64,000 nt of DNA, from the sequence record NC_031934.1; one strand, given 5' to 3'. The notes under the pieces are model-generated. The model saw nothing but the letters and a program-made list of their open reading frames with translations. It made no database searches and was not told the origin of the DNA. The DNA is from Escherichia phage MX01. Shown here piece after piece: positions 55,314-63,983 of this stretch; position 1 is the stretch's first letter, and each line of letters opens with the position of its first letter. The translations under genes and the position numbers were made by a program.

Positions 55314-55752
55314 AATCTACCACCACTAAATTAATATCAGGAGTAAACAAATTAATCAATTGGTAAACCTTGTCCCAATCACCACCAGCAATACCACAAC
55401 CGATGCGAGGAATATAAATTCTGGGTTTAAACAAAAGACCCTTTGCGGTACGGTTTAATTCTATCATACAGTTTACTAAAGCACCGTAATCAAGATTAGG
55501 GCCCGGTTCGTATTGGGTGTATAAATTATAGCAAATTTGGCCATTATTACCTGTGGCTTGAGTAAACGTGCCAAGTTTTTCCAAATTGCCTAAATAAGTG
55601 GTTTTATCGATAGCGAGAATAGGCGGATAAGCCTTGGCCAATTGTCCGGCTACACCTGAACCCATTGTGTGGAAACAGTTGCACCCGTGTGCCACATTAT
55701 TACCTTGAAGAAACAGGGCGACAATATCGCCCTTAATATAATCAATAATCAT
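55285..55752 (-). CDS. macrodomain protein, TARG1/DarG-like (putative ADP-ribose hydrolase or binder)
   Basis: 155 aa; aligns by eye to recalled human TARG1 in N-terminal (IKGDIVALF...AHGCNCFHTMGSGVAG) and C-terminal (IPRIGCGIAGGDWD) blocks. Confidence 0.7.
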   Translation of the reverse strand: MIIDYIKGDIVALFLQGNNVAHGCNCFHTMGSGVAGQLAKAYPPILAIDKTTYLGNLEKLGTFTQATGNNGQICYNLYTQYEPGPNLDYGALVNCMIELNRTAKGLLFKPRIYIPRIGCGIAGGDWDKVYQLINLFTPDINLVVVDYESPLPTSV

Positions 55753-56105
55753 TTAGAGTTTAATCCTCGGTTGTATGAGTCAACGAGTCTGTCTACCATA
55801 GACGCGCACATTTCTTTGTACTTTTTATCAGATGGAATACATTCAGTAACGTTTAGACGTTGCTCGTATCTTTTAGAAAGAGTTTTCTCTTTCATTCGGC
55901 GATGCTCTACGTCATTCTGCCCATCTTTAAAAGCAGCTGTGATTTTTGAACTGAATTCGATAACGCATTCAGTATTACTTGGATGACAATAATCTTTTGC
56001 TGTACGGGTAGCATACTCTACAATTGAATTATTGCTATCATCAACTTGTGACGCTAATACTCCCGGAGCGATCAACATAAGCGCTATAGTCATCTGCTTA
56101 ATCAT
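55749..56105 (-). CDS. secreted protein, 118 aa
   Basis: Cleavable-type signal peptide. Confidence 0.5.
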   Translation of the reverse strand: MIKQMTIALMLIAPGVLASQVDDSNNSIVEYATRTAKDYCHPSNTECVIEFSSKITAAFKDGQNDVEHRRMKEKTLSKRYEQRLNVTECIPSDKKYKEMCASMVDRLVDSYNRGLNSK

Positions 56106-56645
56106 TTAATATACCGCCTCAAACATCTTTTTAGATTTTAGGTAATTGGCCTTTTCTAGAACTTCAGAAGCATATTTACTGCCTGCTTTGACGTTCCAGC
56201 CCGCATTATAAGAAGCAATCGCTTTTCTCAGGTCACCTTTGTGAACATCAATCCAATAAGACAGCTCAATGTAGGCCCAAGAGGCACTGTTCTGTCGTTT
56301 TTGGACCATACGAATTATTTCTTTATCAGACATCTTCCAACCTACCTGTTGAACACGACTTCTTAACGTAGGCAAGTAATTTTGGAACATGCCATAAGCA
56401 TGGTGCTTATCTTTATTTAAACCTTGATTAATTCCGGCGGATGATTCCTGCCATAGTAATCCTGCCATGATATATCCTAATCCTTTTTGATTAGGGTTTT
56501 CTTTGAACTTTCCCGACTTTTGGTATTGTTCACCGAAAGCATATGCATAATGCAAATTGTCGAGTTGCTCACTGTTGAAAGTAGGCTCTACGCTATAGGC
56601 AGACATACTAACTGTCAATAGTAAAGTGGCTAATACTTTTTTCAT
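56106..56645 (-). CDS. secreted lytic transglycosylase (SLT domain)
   Basis: Signal peptide; SLT motifs WQESS, AYGMFQ, AYNAG. Confidence 0.65.
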   Translation of the reverse strand: MKKVLATLLLTVSMSAYSVEPTFNSEQLDNLHYAYAFGEQYQKSGKFKENPNQKGLGYIMAGLLWQESSAGINQGLNKDKHHAYGMFQNYLPTLRSRVQQVGWKMSDKEIIRMVQKRQNSASWAYIELSYWIDVHKGDLRKAIASYNAGWNVKAGSKYASEVLEKANYLKSKKMFEAVY

Positions 56646-56657
56646 GAGACCTCATTA

Positions 56658-57116
56658 TTAAAGATAGATTACTTTCGTGCTGGTTTTACCTTCTAAACGT
56701 TTAGAGTTAACAAATGCCATACGACATTTTAACGAGTATCCTTTATCAGGATGTTTACGGTCTACAGTCATACCTAGCCATAAGGTTTTATCGGTAATTT
56801 CGAGACGCAATGGGCGATACACTTTACCAGGGACAATTTCGGATTCTACATCAGGCAGAGGTTCCTGGATTAAGAACTCATGGATTTCTTTAACATGGTT
56901 ATGGAGTTGCTTGAATAAAGCAAAAACGTATTTTTCGTCGATTTCACGTTGGATAGCACGGTCCAACAAATGATTAGAGTACTTAATAAAGAAGGCTGGG
57001 ACTCCGCTCTTAACGGCGGCTTTTTTGATGGACGTGTTCAGTTCACGGAATTCGGTTTCGAACTGACGACGTAATTTATTGCGGCGGATGAATACTTCTG
57101 AATTAATTTCTGTCAT
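56658..57116 (-). CDS. regB: RegB sequence-specific endoribonuclease
   Basis: 152 aa; strong similarity to recalled T4 RegB (EVFIRRNKLRR...HLLDRAIQREIDE). Confidence 0.88.
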   Translation of the reverse strand: MTEINSEVFIRRNKLRRQFETEFRELNTSIKKAAVKSGVPAFFIKYSNHLLDRAIQREIDEKYVFALFKQLHNHVKEIHEFLIQEPLPDVESEIVPGKVYRPLRLEITDKTLWLGMTVDRKHPDKGYSLKCRMAFVNSKRLEGKTSTKVIYL

Positions 57117-57144
57117 TTTGTAATCTCCTGTAGTTGATAGGTCT

Positions 57145-57173
57145 ATAGTATCACGTCTACAGGAGATGTAAAC
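57145..57173 (-). promoter_or_regulatory. early promoter (GTTTAC-N17-TGATACTAT)
   Basis: Canonical cassette upstream of regB. Confidence 0.65.
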
Positions 57174-57177
57174 TGCT

Positions 57178-57456
57178 TTAGTACTTTTCTTCCGGTTGGA
57201 ACACAGAACGACACGCCCACATGCTTGCTTCTTTCAAGCGTTCGATTGCCGTACGAATCTGGGTGATGCGTTCATGAGCCTGGTCTAGTTCTTGTTCAGA
57301 AACCTCTTCGGTGTCTAAACCCATATAATGGTTGACATGCTCTTCTTCCAGAGCTTTAAACATTAACCCAAGACGAACTTCAGCATCTTTGATAGCATTC
57401 ACTTTACCGATTTTATCGTCGGTATGCGGTTTATAACCCTTGATATCTTCAATCAT
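57178..57456 (-). CDS. hypothetical protein, 92 aa
   Basis: Co-oriented ORF. Confidence 0.45.
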   Translation of the reverse strand: MIEDIKGYKPHTDDKIGKVNAIKDAEVRLGLMFKALEEEHVNHYMGLDTEEVSEQELDQAHERITQIRTAIERLKEASMWACRSVFQPEEKY

Positions 57457-57671
57457 TTCACTTCCTCATCAGATGCAATATCATATTCAACTAAATGAAT
57501 CCCATCATATCCACCACGAACAGAGATATATGTGCTAGGATAAACGGTTTCTTTACCATTCCATTGGCCGCCGTCCCAGACTTCCAGAAAGTCTTGTTCG
57601 CCCTGTTCATGGAACCAATCAACAAACATCTTCAGAGCTTCATCAGAACCTTCAATAGTCAATTTAGACAT
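57453..57671 (-). CDS. hypothetical acidic protein, 72 aa
   Basis: ATGA-coupled small ORF. Confidence 0.45.
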   Translation of the reverse strand: MSKLTIEGSDEALKMFVDWFHEQGEQDFLEVWDGGQWNGKETVYPSTYISVRGGYDGIHLVEYDIASDEEVK

Positions 57672-57960
57672 ATTTTTTCCAGCCAGAAATCATATGAATC
57701 TCTTGGTTATAAGTTAAGAGACTGCGAGTAATAATACCCTTACAAGGCCCTGAGATGAACTCGAGAGTGAAGTAAGGAACCTGTTTCATTAATCGGATAC
57801 TAGGAGCATGACATCTAAAACGAGAGCCCTTAAAGGGCCCTGTCATGAATACATATTCCAATGGGTAGAAATAAGCATATTCGAAATTTGCAGTAAGGTC
57901 CTCTCTTCGAACCTTACGTGAGAAATAACAGAACTCAAAAAGTTCTTCATCAGTCATCAT
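57664..57960 (-). CDS. hypothetical protein, about 98 aa
   Basis: Start moved to internal ATG to limit overlap. Confidence 0.45.
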   Translation of the reverse strand: MMTDEELFEFCYFSRKVRREDLTANFEYAYFYPLEYVFMTGPFKGSRFRCHAPSIRLMKQVPYFTLEFISGPCKGIITRSLLTYNQEIHMISGWKKYV

Positions 57961-58484
57961 TGCATTCCTATCACAAAGAACAGAGGCAAAGGCTTGTCGC
58001 CTTGGCACATAAATTTATTAATCATTATCTGGTAAGCTTCGTAGAACTTATCCATCGCTGGAAGGCGCATTGGCTCTTCGATAATAATCAATAATCGAGT
58101 AACAGATAGTCCACGATACTTATGGAAATTGTCTTCATCAAGGAAACTGCGCACAGTATCATAGACAACAAAACCAGGACCTTCGACTTGGAGATGTGGG
58201 TGTGCCTTAGAAACCTGTTTTATTACATTACAAATTTCTCGCGAGCGATGCGAAGAACTCGACATAACAATCACATCATTACCCTTGGAAACCCAATCAG
58301 CGGCGAACTGAGCAAGGGCACTTGTTTTACCTGTTTGGCGTCCGCCATCAAGTCGAAGAGTACCAAACTCTTGCATTCTTGAAGCAGGTTCATACCATGT
58401 GTATTGGTCTGAGTCTAAACGTTCAATGGCGCGTTCAGCGAAGGCGTGCATTAAGGTTAGATAAATGGGAGTTAAAAATTTCAT
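57957..58484 (-). CDS. small P-loop NTPase, 175 aa
   Basis: Walker A GGRQTGKTS, Walker B LLIIIEEP. Confidence 0.5.
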   Translation of the reverse strand: MKFLTPIYLTLMHAFAERAIERLDSDQYTWYEPASRMQEFGTLRLDGGRQTGKTSALAQFAADWVSKGNDVIVMSSSSHRSREICNVIKQVSKAHPHLQVEGPGFVVYDTVRSFLDEDNFHKYRGLSVTRLLIIIEEPMRLPAMDKFYEAYQIMINKFMCQGDKPLPLFFVIGMQ

Positions 58485-58644
58485 AGTAGTCTCTTAGTGG
58501 TGGGGCCGTTCCTTGGCACATAATTCGTCCATGTATCCGTATGTAAACCCTTTACCGCACTTGGGCTCGACCTTATTACAGGTAGGGAAAGGTCCATCAC
58601 TCAGAGGACGCGACGTTCATGAGGAGAGGGCCGGCTTGCCTTTA

Positions 58645-58944
58645 TTAGAAAGAACCAGAACCTCTAATTGTGTTCTGGCGACCTTTATTTTCTAATTCAT
58701 AGTCGTCGATTTCGTAGGCTTGTGCTACACCAAAAGCCTTTTTAACTTTAGCTAAAGAGCCTTTAGACGTAACAATATTAAAAGTATTACCTTTGGTAAA
58801 ATCAACCAAATCCACTTGTACACCCTGTTTACCGAGGCTTGCTACAATAGCATCAACATATTCCTGGTCTAAATTGCCTTGAACTCCAATTTGAAATACT
58901 TTAGGAGCTTTGGCTTCTGTAATAAATTCTTGGTAAGTTTTCAT
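58645..58944 (-). CDS. ipII: internal protein with capsid-targeting leader (IPII-like)
   Basis: 99 aa; N-terminus MKTYQEFITEA; own promoter and AAGGA SD. Confidence 0.7.
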   Translation of the reverse strand: MKTYQEFITEAKAPKVFQIGVQGNLDQEYVDAIVASLGKQGVQVDLVDFTKGNTFNIVTSKGSLAKVKKAFGVAQAYEIDDYELENKGRQNTIRGSGSF

Positions 58945-58968
58945 ATTATTCCTTAAGTTGATAGAAGT

Positions 58969-58998
58969 ATTCTATCACGGATTTAATTAAGCGTAAAT
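58969..58998 (-). promoter_or_regulatory. early promoter-like element (ATTTAC-N18-TAGAAT)
   Basis: Upstream of ipII-like gene. Confidence 0.4.
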
Positions 58999-59403
58999 CG
59001 CCTTACCATAATGTTTGTACCAGGTAGGGCGCTGTGCAATTTTTTCGTCCAAACGGGCCTGTGAAATGGCGATAGAAGCTTCGTGAGGAACATAGTCACC
59101 ACGGAATTCCTGAGGAATATCACTAATGTCCCGGACCGTAGTGTCCTTGATATTAAAACCACGTTTTAAACATTCGGCTATAAGCTCGATTTGACGTTTA
59201 CGTAAAAATTCAAGCTTATCGTAAAAGAATGTAACATGACCTGTACCAAGGATAAAAGTAGGACTGATTTTGAAATCACGGACACGTTTACCATTAGCAA
59301 CATGCTTACGAACTGCACCGAAAACACGTGGTAATTCACGGTACTCAGCCATTAAGTGTTGGTCAGCCAATTCAGATACTAAGGTAAGGTTGATACGAGT
59401 CAT
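58987..59403 (-). CDS. denV: endonuclease V (pyrimidine-dimer DNA glycosylase)
   Basis: 138 aa; essentially identical to recalled T4 DenV. Confidence 0.93.
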   Translation of the reverse strand: MTRINLTLVSELADQHLMAEYRELPRVFGAVRKHVANGKRVRDFKISPTFILGTGHVTFFYDKLEFLRKRQIELIAECLKRGFNIKDTTVRDISDIPQEFRGDYVPHEASIAISQARLDEKIAQRPTWYKHYGKAIYA

Positions 59404-59432
59404 TTTAGTGTTCTCCGTGTTTGTATGAGAAC

Positions 59433-59461
59433 ACTATATCACAGCTGTTGTAAAAGTAAAC
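59433..59461 (-). promoter_or_regulatory. early promoter (GTTTAC-N17-TATAGT)
   Basis: Upstream of denV with GGAGA SD. Confidence 0.55.
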
Positions 59462-59463
59462 TG

Positions 59464-59766
59464 TTATTTAGCTTTAATTGCTTTAGCTGCTTCGGTAGCC
59501 GCTTGCTGAAGGTCATCCATAGACATACCGAACTTAGAAGCAAAGTTATCAATTTTCTTTTCGACAGAATTCAAAGGCTTGGCCTGTTTACCTTCATTAG
59601 CGCCAGGGAGAGCGAGAATACGCTCTTTGTCAATATAAAGGCTTACAAGTTTCTTACGGTCTTTATCTGGCAAATCATGAAATGAATGGGCCTTTTTATT
59701 TACGGCGGCTTCTAATTTACCCGCACTTACTCGCGCTTCGGTGATAAATTCTTGATAGGTTTTCAT
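59464..59766 (-). CDS. internal protein with capsid-targeting leader, 100 aa
   Basis: N-terminus MKTYQEFITEA. Confidence 0.65.
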   Translation of the reverse strand: MKTYQEFITEARVSAGKLEAAVNKKAHSFHDLPDKDRKKLVSLYIDKERILALPGANEGKQAKPLNSVEKKIDNFASKFGMSMDDLQQAATEAAKAIKAK

Positions 59767-59807
59767 ATGGGTCCTTTAAATGTAAATAAGCCTAAGTATA
59801 GGCTTTA

Positions 59808-60404
59808 TTAATTACCACGGGCTGCATTAGCAACGGCGTAAGCGTACTGAATATTAGCGTCTTTAAACGTACCTTTAGAGGTATCTATTTCTGCCTTAAA
59901 GCCGCCTTTAGCCATAACATCAGCAAATTCTTTACGGAAAGTCATTGCATCAAGACCTTTCCATGTTGATTTGTGCTTGGCAAATTCAAGACCAGCGAAG
60001 TTGACAGCTTTAGCCAATTTATTATCAATAGTCCATTTACCTGCTTTAGGTACAAACACCGGGCCTTTCTGTTTAGAGAACAGTTTTAAATTCCAGCGAC
60101 GAAGGTCACCGTCAGCTTTAACAAAAGCTGCGTCCAAGTTACTAGCAACAACATCTTGGATATGGGCAAATTTAAGTCCATCAGCTTCAATATTTAGGTC
60201 GTTACGCCAGCGAAGTCCTTCCCAGGCGAAAGCTTTAAAGTCGGAAGCTTTTGTAGCCAAGTACCGTTCAATAGGAGCTGTTTTAGCGTCAAAACCGTTT
60301 CCTGGGTTGTCAACGCCGTTTCCTTTGTAAGTCCACTCATCTTTATTAATGCCTTGGACCTTTCCTACAGAAGCTTCGGCGATAAATTCTTTATACGTTT
60401 TCAT
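59808..60404 (-). CDS. ipIII: internal protein with capsid-targeting leader (IPIII-like by size)
   Basis: 198 aa; N-terminus MKTYKEFIAEA; own promoter and AAGGA SD. Confidence 0.65.
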   Translation of the reverse strand: MKTYKEFIAEASVGKVQGINKDEWTYKGNGVDNPGNGFDAKTAPIERYLATKASDFKAFAWEGLRWRNDLNIEADGLKFAHIQDVVASNLDAAFVKADGDLRRWNLKLFSKQKGPVFVPKAGKWTIDNKLAKAVNFAGLEFAKHKSTWKGLDAMTFRKEFADVMAKGGFKAEIDTSKGTFKDANIQYAYAVANAARGN

Positions 60405-60457
60405 ATGGGTTCCTTAAAGGTAAATATTTTAATTGGTCTGTTCAAGTAACTGTAGAT

Positions 60458-60486
60458 ATACTATCACAATTCTAGGAGATGTAAAC
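60458..60486 (-). promoter_or_regulatory. early promoter (GTTTAC-N17-TAGTAT)
   Basis: Upstream of ipIII-like gene. Confidence 0.55.
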
Positions 60487-60885
60487 TTATTTATAGGTCT
60501 TCATCCAATTCTTGAACAAAGCCGCGACGTCTTTCTCTTTAACGTTCAGTTTAAGGTCTAACATTTTACCACCGGCAGCACGTGTCTGACGAATCTTAGC
60601 AGTACCGGTTTCGCCATTCCACTCAACATAATACTGTCCAGTGTTCATTGCAATACCATCGCCGTAGTCTTCATTTTTAGAAGTTGTGAAGGCCAGCTTC
60701 ATAGTCTTAGATACACGAGCCTGCATGCCAGTCTGAAGGGCATTACGAACGCGAATAACCTGAGGAGTGGCCTGGGTCAGGTTCTCATTCAGTTCTTCAG
60801 TGAACTCTTCAGATTCAAACATCGCCAAAAGTTCTTTAGATGCAGGAATTACATTCTCTGCGATAAATTCATTATAAGTTTTCAT
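60487..60885 (-). CDS. internal protein with capsid-targeting leader, 132 aa
   Basis: N-terminus [11 protein letters not shown]; overlaps lysozyme stop by 14 bp. Confidence 0.6.
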   Translation of the reverse strand: MKTYNEFIAENVIPASKELLAMFESEEFTEELNENLTQATPQVIRVRNALQTGMQARVSKTMKLAFTTSKNEDYGDGIAMNTGQYYVEWNGETGTAKIRQTRAAGGKMLDLKLNVKEKDVAALFKNWMKTYK

Positions 60886-61366
60886 ATGCTTTCCAAGTAC
60901 CTGTTTTAAATGTGGAAATCACGCGCTTAGCACGATTAGGAGTTTGTTTATACCAACGGGATTGAGCCAGGTTAACTGCTGCATCATCCCAACGTTTTTG
61001 CTGAAGCATACGCAGAGAGTTAGTGAACCCTGCTACGCCTGCTTCACCCATTTGGAAGACCATGTTAATTAAAGCACAACGACGAACTTCGTCCAGTACA
61101 TCATAAACAGGTTTCAATTTAGGATTACGCAGAATAGCTCTACGAGCATTTTCAACCGATCGGTTAAAGAGTTGCTCAGCTTCAGCCATAGTAATACGAC
61201 CGTTGCAAACTCGGCCCATAAGCTTATCGAGTTCAGCGCGAGCAACATCTTTAGATGGGTTCTTGGTAATCAACTGACCAATGCCAATAGTCCAATAACC
61301 TTCGGTGTCTTTATAAAGATTTAAATCAAGACCTTCGTCTTGACGTAACATATCAAAAATATCCAT
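60872..61366 (-). CDS. e: lysozyme (endolysin)
   Basis: 164 aa; strong similarity to recalled T4 lysozyme; TATAAATA late promoter plus AGGAGG SD. Confidence 0.93.
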   Translation of the reverse strand: MDIFDMLRQDEGLDLNLYKDTEGYWTIGIGQLITKNPSKDVARAELDKLMGRVCNGRITMAEAEQLFNRSVENARRAILRNPKLKPVYDVLDEVRRCALINMVFQMGEAGVAGFTNSLRMLQQKRWDDAAVNLAQSRWYKQTPNRAKRVISTFKTGTWKAYENL

Positions 61367-61388
61367 AATACCTCCTGAGTATAGGAGG

Positions 61389-61396
61389 TATTTATA
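61389..61396 (-). promoter_or_regulatory. late promoter TATAAATA for lysozyme e
   Basis: Exact TATAAATA then AGGAGG SD and ATG. Confidence 0.7.
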
Positions 61397-61846
61397 TCAA
61401 AAGAGCGAATCTAAAACCTTAAACATCGACGGGCCCATGACATATTCCCATTGCGGACGTTTAATCAAGGCAAAAGCATCAAATTCAGGAATAGTACGAC
61501 CATCAGGGAACGTATGGTAAGCCGTACATTTGCAATCCTTGAACTGCTCGTGTTCCACAGGCACCGTATATAAGAACAGATGTAGATTCTTATTGCTTGA
61601 ATATTTGAACTCACCCAGGTCTTTCAGGAACGCAGGATCGTATGCTGTGAATCCAATCTCTTCTTCGGTTTCGCGCATTGCCGCTTGAATGGGCTCTTCG
61701 CCTGGTTCGACATGACCCTTAGGAATGTCCCATTTATGACGCATATTCTCTGGATTACGAGAGCCTGTTACACGGCCCATGACCAGTTCTTTATCAACGG
61801 TCATGAATAAAATACCGGCAGATAGTTCTTTCACTTTCTTACTCAT
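61397..61846 (-). CDS. nudE: Nudix hydrolase
   Basis: Nudix box GHVEPGEEPIQAAMRETEEEIG; start moved to internal ATG (about 149 aa). Confidence 0.7.
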   Translation of the reverse strand: MSKKVKELSAGILFMTVDKELVMGRVTGSRNPENMRHKWDIPKGHVEPGEEPIQAAMRETEEEIGFTAYDPAFLKDLGEFKYSSNKNLHLFLYTVPVEHEQFKDCKCTAYHTFPDGRTIPEFDAFALIKRPQWEYVMGPSMFKVLDSLF

Positions 61847-62075
61847 CGTCTCGTTCCCATGATTGTTTAAAAATATCTTGCATAATAATTTGAAGTCTAT
61901 TTTCTGATGATGGACTTTCACTATCAGACACTTGAAGCATATAGTCACCAATAGGACAGAACATATCCATATCGCTTTCTAAGTCTTCTTTAATTTTCTC
62001 TTCTGATGTTCCGGTATCATAGGAATACAGGTAAGAATCACATGACTCAGATTTAATATAAATTGCAATACTCAT
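61839..62075 (-). CDS. hypothetical acidic protein, 78 aa
   Basis: Co-oriented ORF. Confidence 0.45.
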   Translation of the reverse strand: MSIAIYIKSESCDSYLYSYDTGTSEEKIKEDLESDMDMFCPIGDYMLQVSDSESPSSENRLQIIMQDIFKQSWERDDE

Positions 62076-62665
62076 TTACGGCATTCCTCAATAAACTCAT
62101 TTAAATTCTGTTTGATTTTACCTTCGTCGTAAAGACGTTGTTGACGACGTAAACGCCATGGCATTTCAATAGCCAAGCACCAAATACTTAAAGCAGCGCC
62201 AGCGGCGGCAAGGTTCATTAATCCAGCGCCAATAATAGTTCGTTCTAGCGCATCATTCCAGTTGGCATCGATTAAAAATGAACTCAGCACTAACATTGGA
62301 AGTAAAGTAATAAAATACGCTACAACATATCGTCCGAACGTAAGCCATTCAGTATCAATGAGCCTGGCCTTTCCATCTTGGAGACAAATATACTTATCGT
62401 CAGTGCGAGTGATTTTCTTTACTGGTTGCCAGCCGTTTACAATATAGCCCATTTTATATTCCTCAATTAAAAGCTGTTTCATTTCGGCAGTACAACCTGA
62501 CCAATCTATTGTACTGGCTGAAATTCCTTCATCACAGTCATCGATATTTCGCCAGGACTTTTTAATAATCATATGTTCACCACTTGGGATAATAATTCCG
62601 GCATTTTCCGACCTACGGATGAAGTTTGTATCAATACCCATACATCCAGGTTCATAAAGGGCCAT
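62072..62665 (-). CDS. membrane protein, 197 aa
   Basis: C-terminal half with hydrophobic helices. Confidence 0.5.
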   Translation of the reverse strand: MALYEPGCMGIDTNFIRRSENAGIIIPSGEHMIIKKSWRNIDDCDEGISASTIDWSGCTAEMKQLLIEEYKMGYIVNGWQPVKKITRTDDKYICLQDGKARLIDTEWLTFGRYVVAYFITLLPMLVLSSFLIDANWNDALERTIIGAGLMNLAAAGAALSIWCLAIEMPWRLRRQQRLYDEGKIKQNLNEFIEECRK

Positions 62666-63354
62666 TACCAGCCCTCCATAGGAAATTCCAGATATACTTG
62701 AGCATTAACACGGATTTCATTAGTAATCTTTTTAACACGGTCTGTATTACGAGACACACGACCAAACCAGCGCCACCCATTACTTACTGCACGAGAACCT
62801 GTATGCCACGTCTGCCAATCAAACTGGAGCAACGTGCGGTCAGGAGCATCCCACTTAGTTAATTCATTAGACTCAATTTTTTCCAGAACTTCTTTATGCC
62901 ACTGGCGATAGATAAGTTCGCCTTCAGGAATCTGACTGAACTGTGCAGTTCCGGTTGCAAAATGAGTAGGACACACATCAGCGTTAACAAGACCAAGAAT
63001 ATGTTCAGAATGGTATCGAGGATTATCATAATCAGGTTGCCCTGCGGTAATAAAGTGTTGACCAACCGGAATATCCGGACGGGGTACATCATCATGGTGG
63101 AAGCCTGGAATTGCAGGGTACCAGCCAGGCATTAACATGTGTACACGGGAATCAAATACAATATCAGGGCCACATTGCCAATCTTCAGGCAGGTTTTCAA
63201 TAAAGCTACGAGTAATAGGACCGCCATGTTTATGAGCAAAATAAGCATCGCAATTAAAGAACATAGGCTCATTTTTAATCATATCATTACTGATATCTTG
63301 AGCAAAACCACCTACTGCACGAGCTTTAGAATTAAAAATTTTTGGACCGTTCAT
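62665..63354 (-). CDS. hypothetical His-rich protein, 229 aa
   Basis: Large ORF; several His/Asp clusters; fold not assigned. Confidence 0.55.
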   Translation of the reverse strand: MNGPKIFNSKARAVGGFAQDISNDMIKNEPMFFNCDAYFAHKHGGPITRSFIENLPEDWQCGPDIVFDSRVHMLMPGWYPAIPGFHHDDVPRPDIPVGQHFITAGQPDYDNPRYHSEHILGLVNADVCPTHFATGTAQFSQIPEGELIYRQWHKEVLEKIESNELTKWDAPDRTLLQFDWQTWHTGSRAVSNGWRWFGRVSRNTDRVKKITNEIRVNAQVYLEFPMEGW

Positions 63355-63368
63355 AATATTTTCCTCAC

Positions 63369-63581
63369 TTACTTTTTGTTGAAAAAGTACATTTTACCTT
63401 TAGGGGATAAAGATACACGAAGTGCGTTACCAATACCAACTGAACATTTAACCAGGTCAGCAGATTTCAATTCACCAAATGCTTGACGAAGGTCACCGTC
63501 ACGAGTGTTAACCATCAGGCATTTAGCACCAGCTGCACGAACTTCGTTTAACATGTTGATTGCTTGGTTAGAAAGTTTCAT
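63369..63581 (-). CDS. hypothetical protein, about 70 aa
   Basis: Start set to second ATG after GGAG; early promoter 63619-63647 lies inside the track ORF. Confidence 0.5.
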   Translation of the reverse strand: MKLSNQAINMLNEVRAAGAKCLMVNTRDGDLRQAFGELKSADLVKCSVGIGNALRVSLSPKGKMYFFNKK

Positions 63582-63618
63582 TTTATTCTCCATTTCACTC
63601 TGTTGTTTTGATAGGTCT

Positions 63619-63647
63619 ATAGTATCATGCCTATAGACCTTGTAAAC
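63619..63647 (-). promoter_or_regulatory. early promoter (GTTTAC-N17-TGATACTAT)
   Basis: Canonical cassette. Confidence 0.65.
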
Positions 63648-63659
63648 AATTTTATGCAA

Positions 63660-63983
63660 TTATTTTTCGAAAGGACGAATTAAATGTTGGTTACGCTTAA
63701 ACCGTTCAATGTAGTCGTTTTCACCTAAAGTCTTGTACATATTAACCACGGCTTGGTAGTTTTCCCATGCATAAGTGCGGAACCAACCTGAAGTGATTGA
63801 GGTACACACTTTCTCAAGAGCCATATAGAAACTTAATGATGGTGAAATATTGAAGTCATTAGGGACCTGTGAACGTTCTAGTGCCAGGACACAAGTTTCT
63901 TCATATACACCAGCCAGTTTAATAGCTTCAGGCAAGGCCTCGAACTTCTCACGAGAGGTCATGACTTCAGAACCTTCCTTCAT
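63660..63983 (-). CDS. hypothetical protein, 107 aa
   Basis: Co-oriented ORF. Confidence 0.45.
   Translation of the reverse strand: MKEGSEVMTSREKFEALPEAIKLAGVYEETCVLALERSQVPNDFNISPSLSFYMALEKVCTSITSGWFRTYAWENYQAVVNMYKTLGENDYIERFKRNQHLIRPFEK

Noticed and set aside
58485-58644. Possible tRNA in the GC-rich segment
   Set aside because: No T-loop (GGTTCGA-like) or anticodon-arm pattern found by eye; T4-type tRNA clusters normally lie beyond gene e, outside this window.
58513-58695. 60-aa plus-strand ORF in the GC-rich segment
   Set aside because: No SD, atypical composition, and it overlaps the 3' end of the ipII-like gene.
59781-59800. Short hairpin (AAGCC-N8-GGCTT) downstream of the ipIII-like gene as a terminator
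   Set aside because: Stem is only 5 bp and the T-run is weak.
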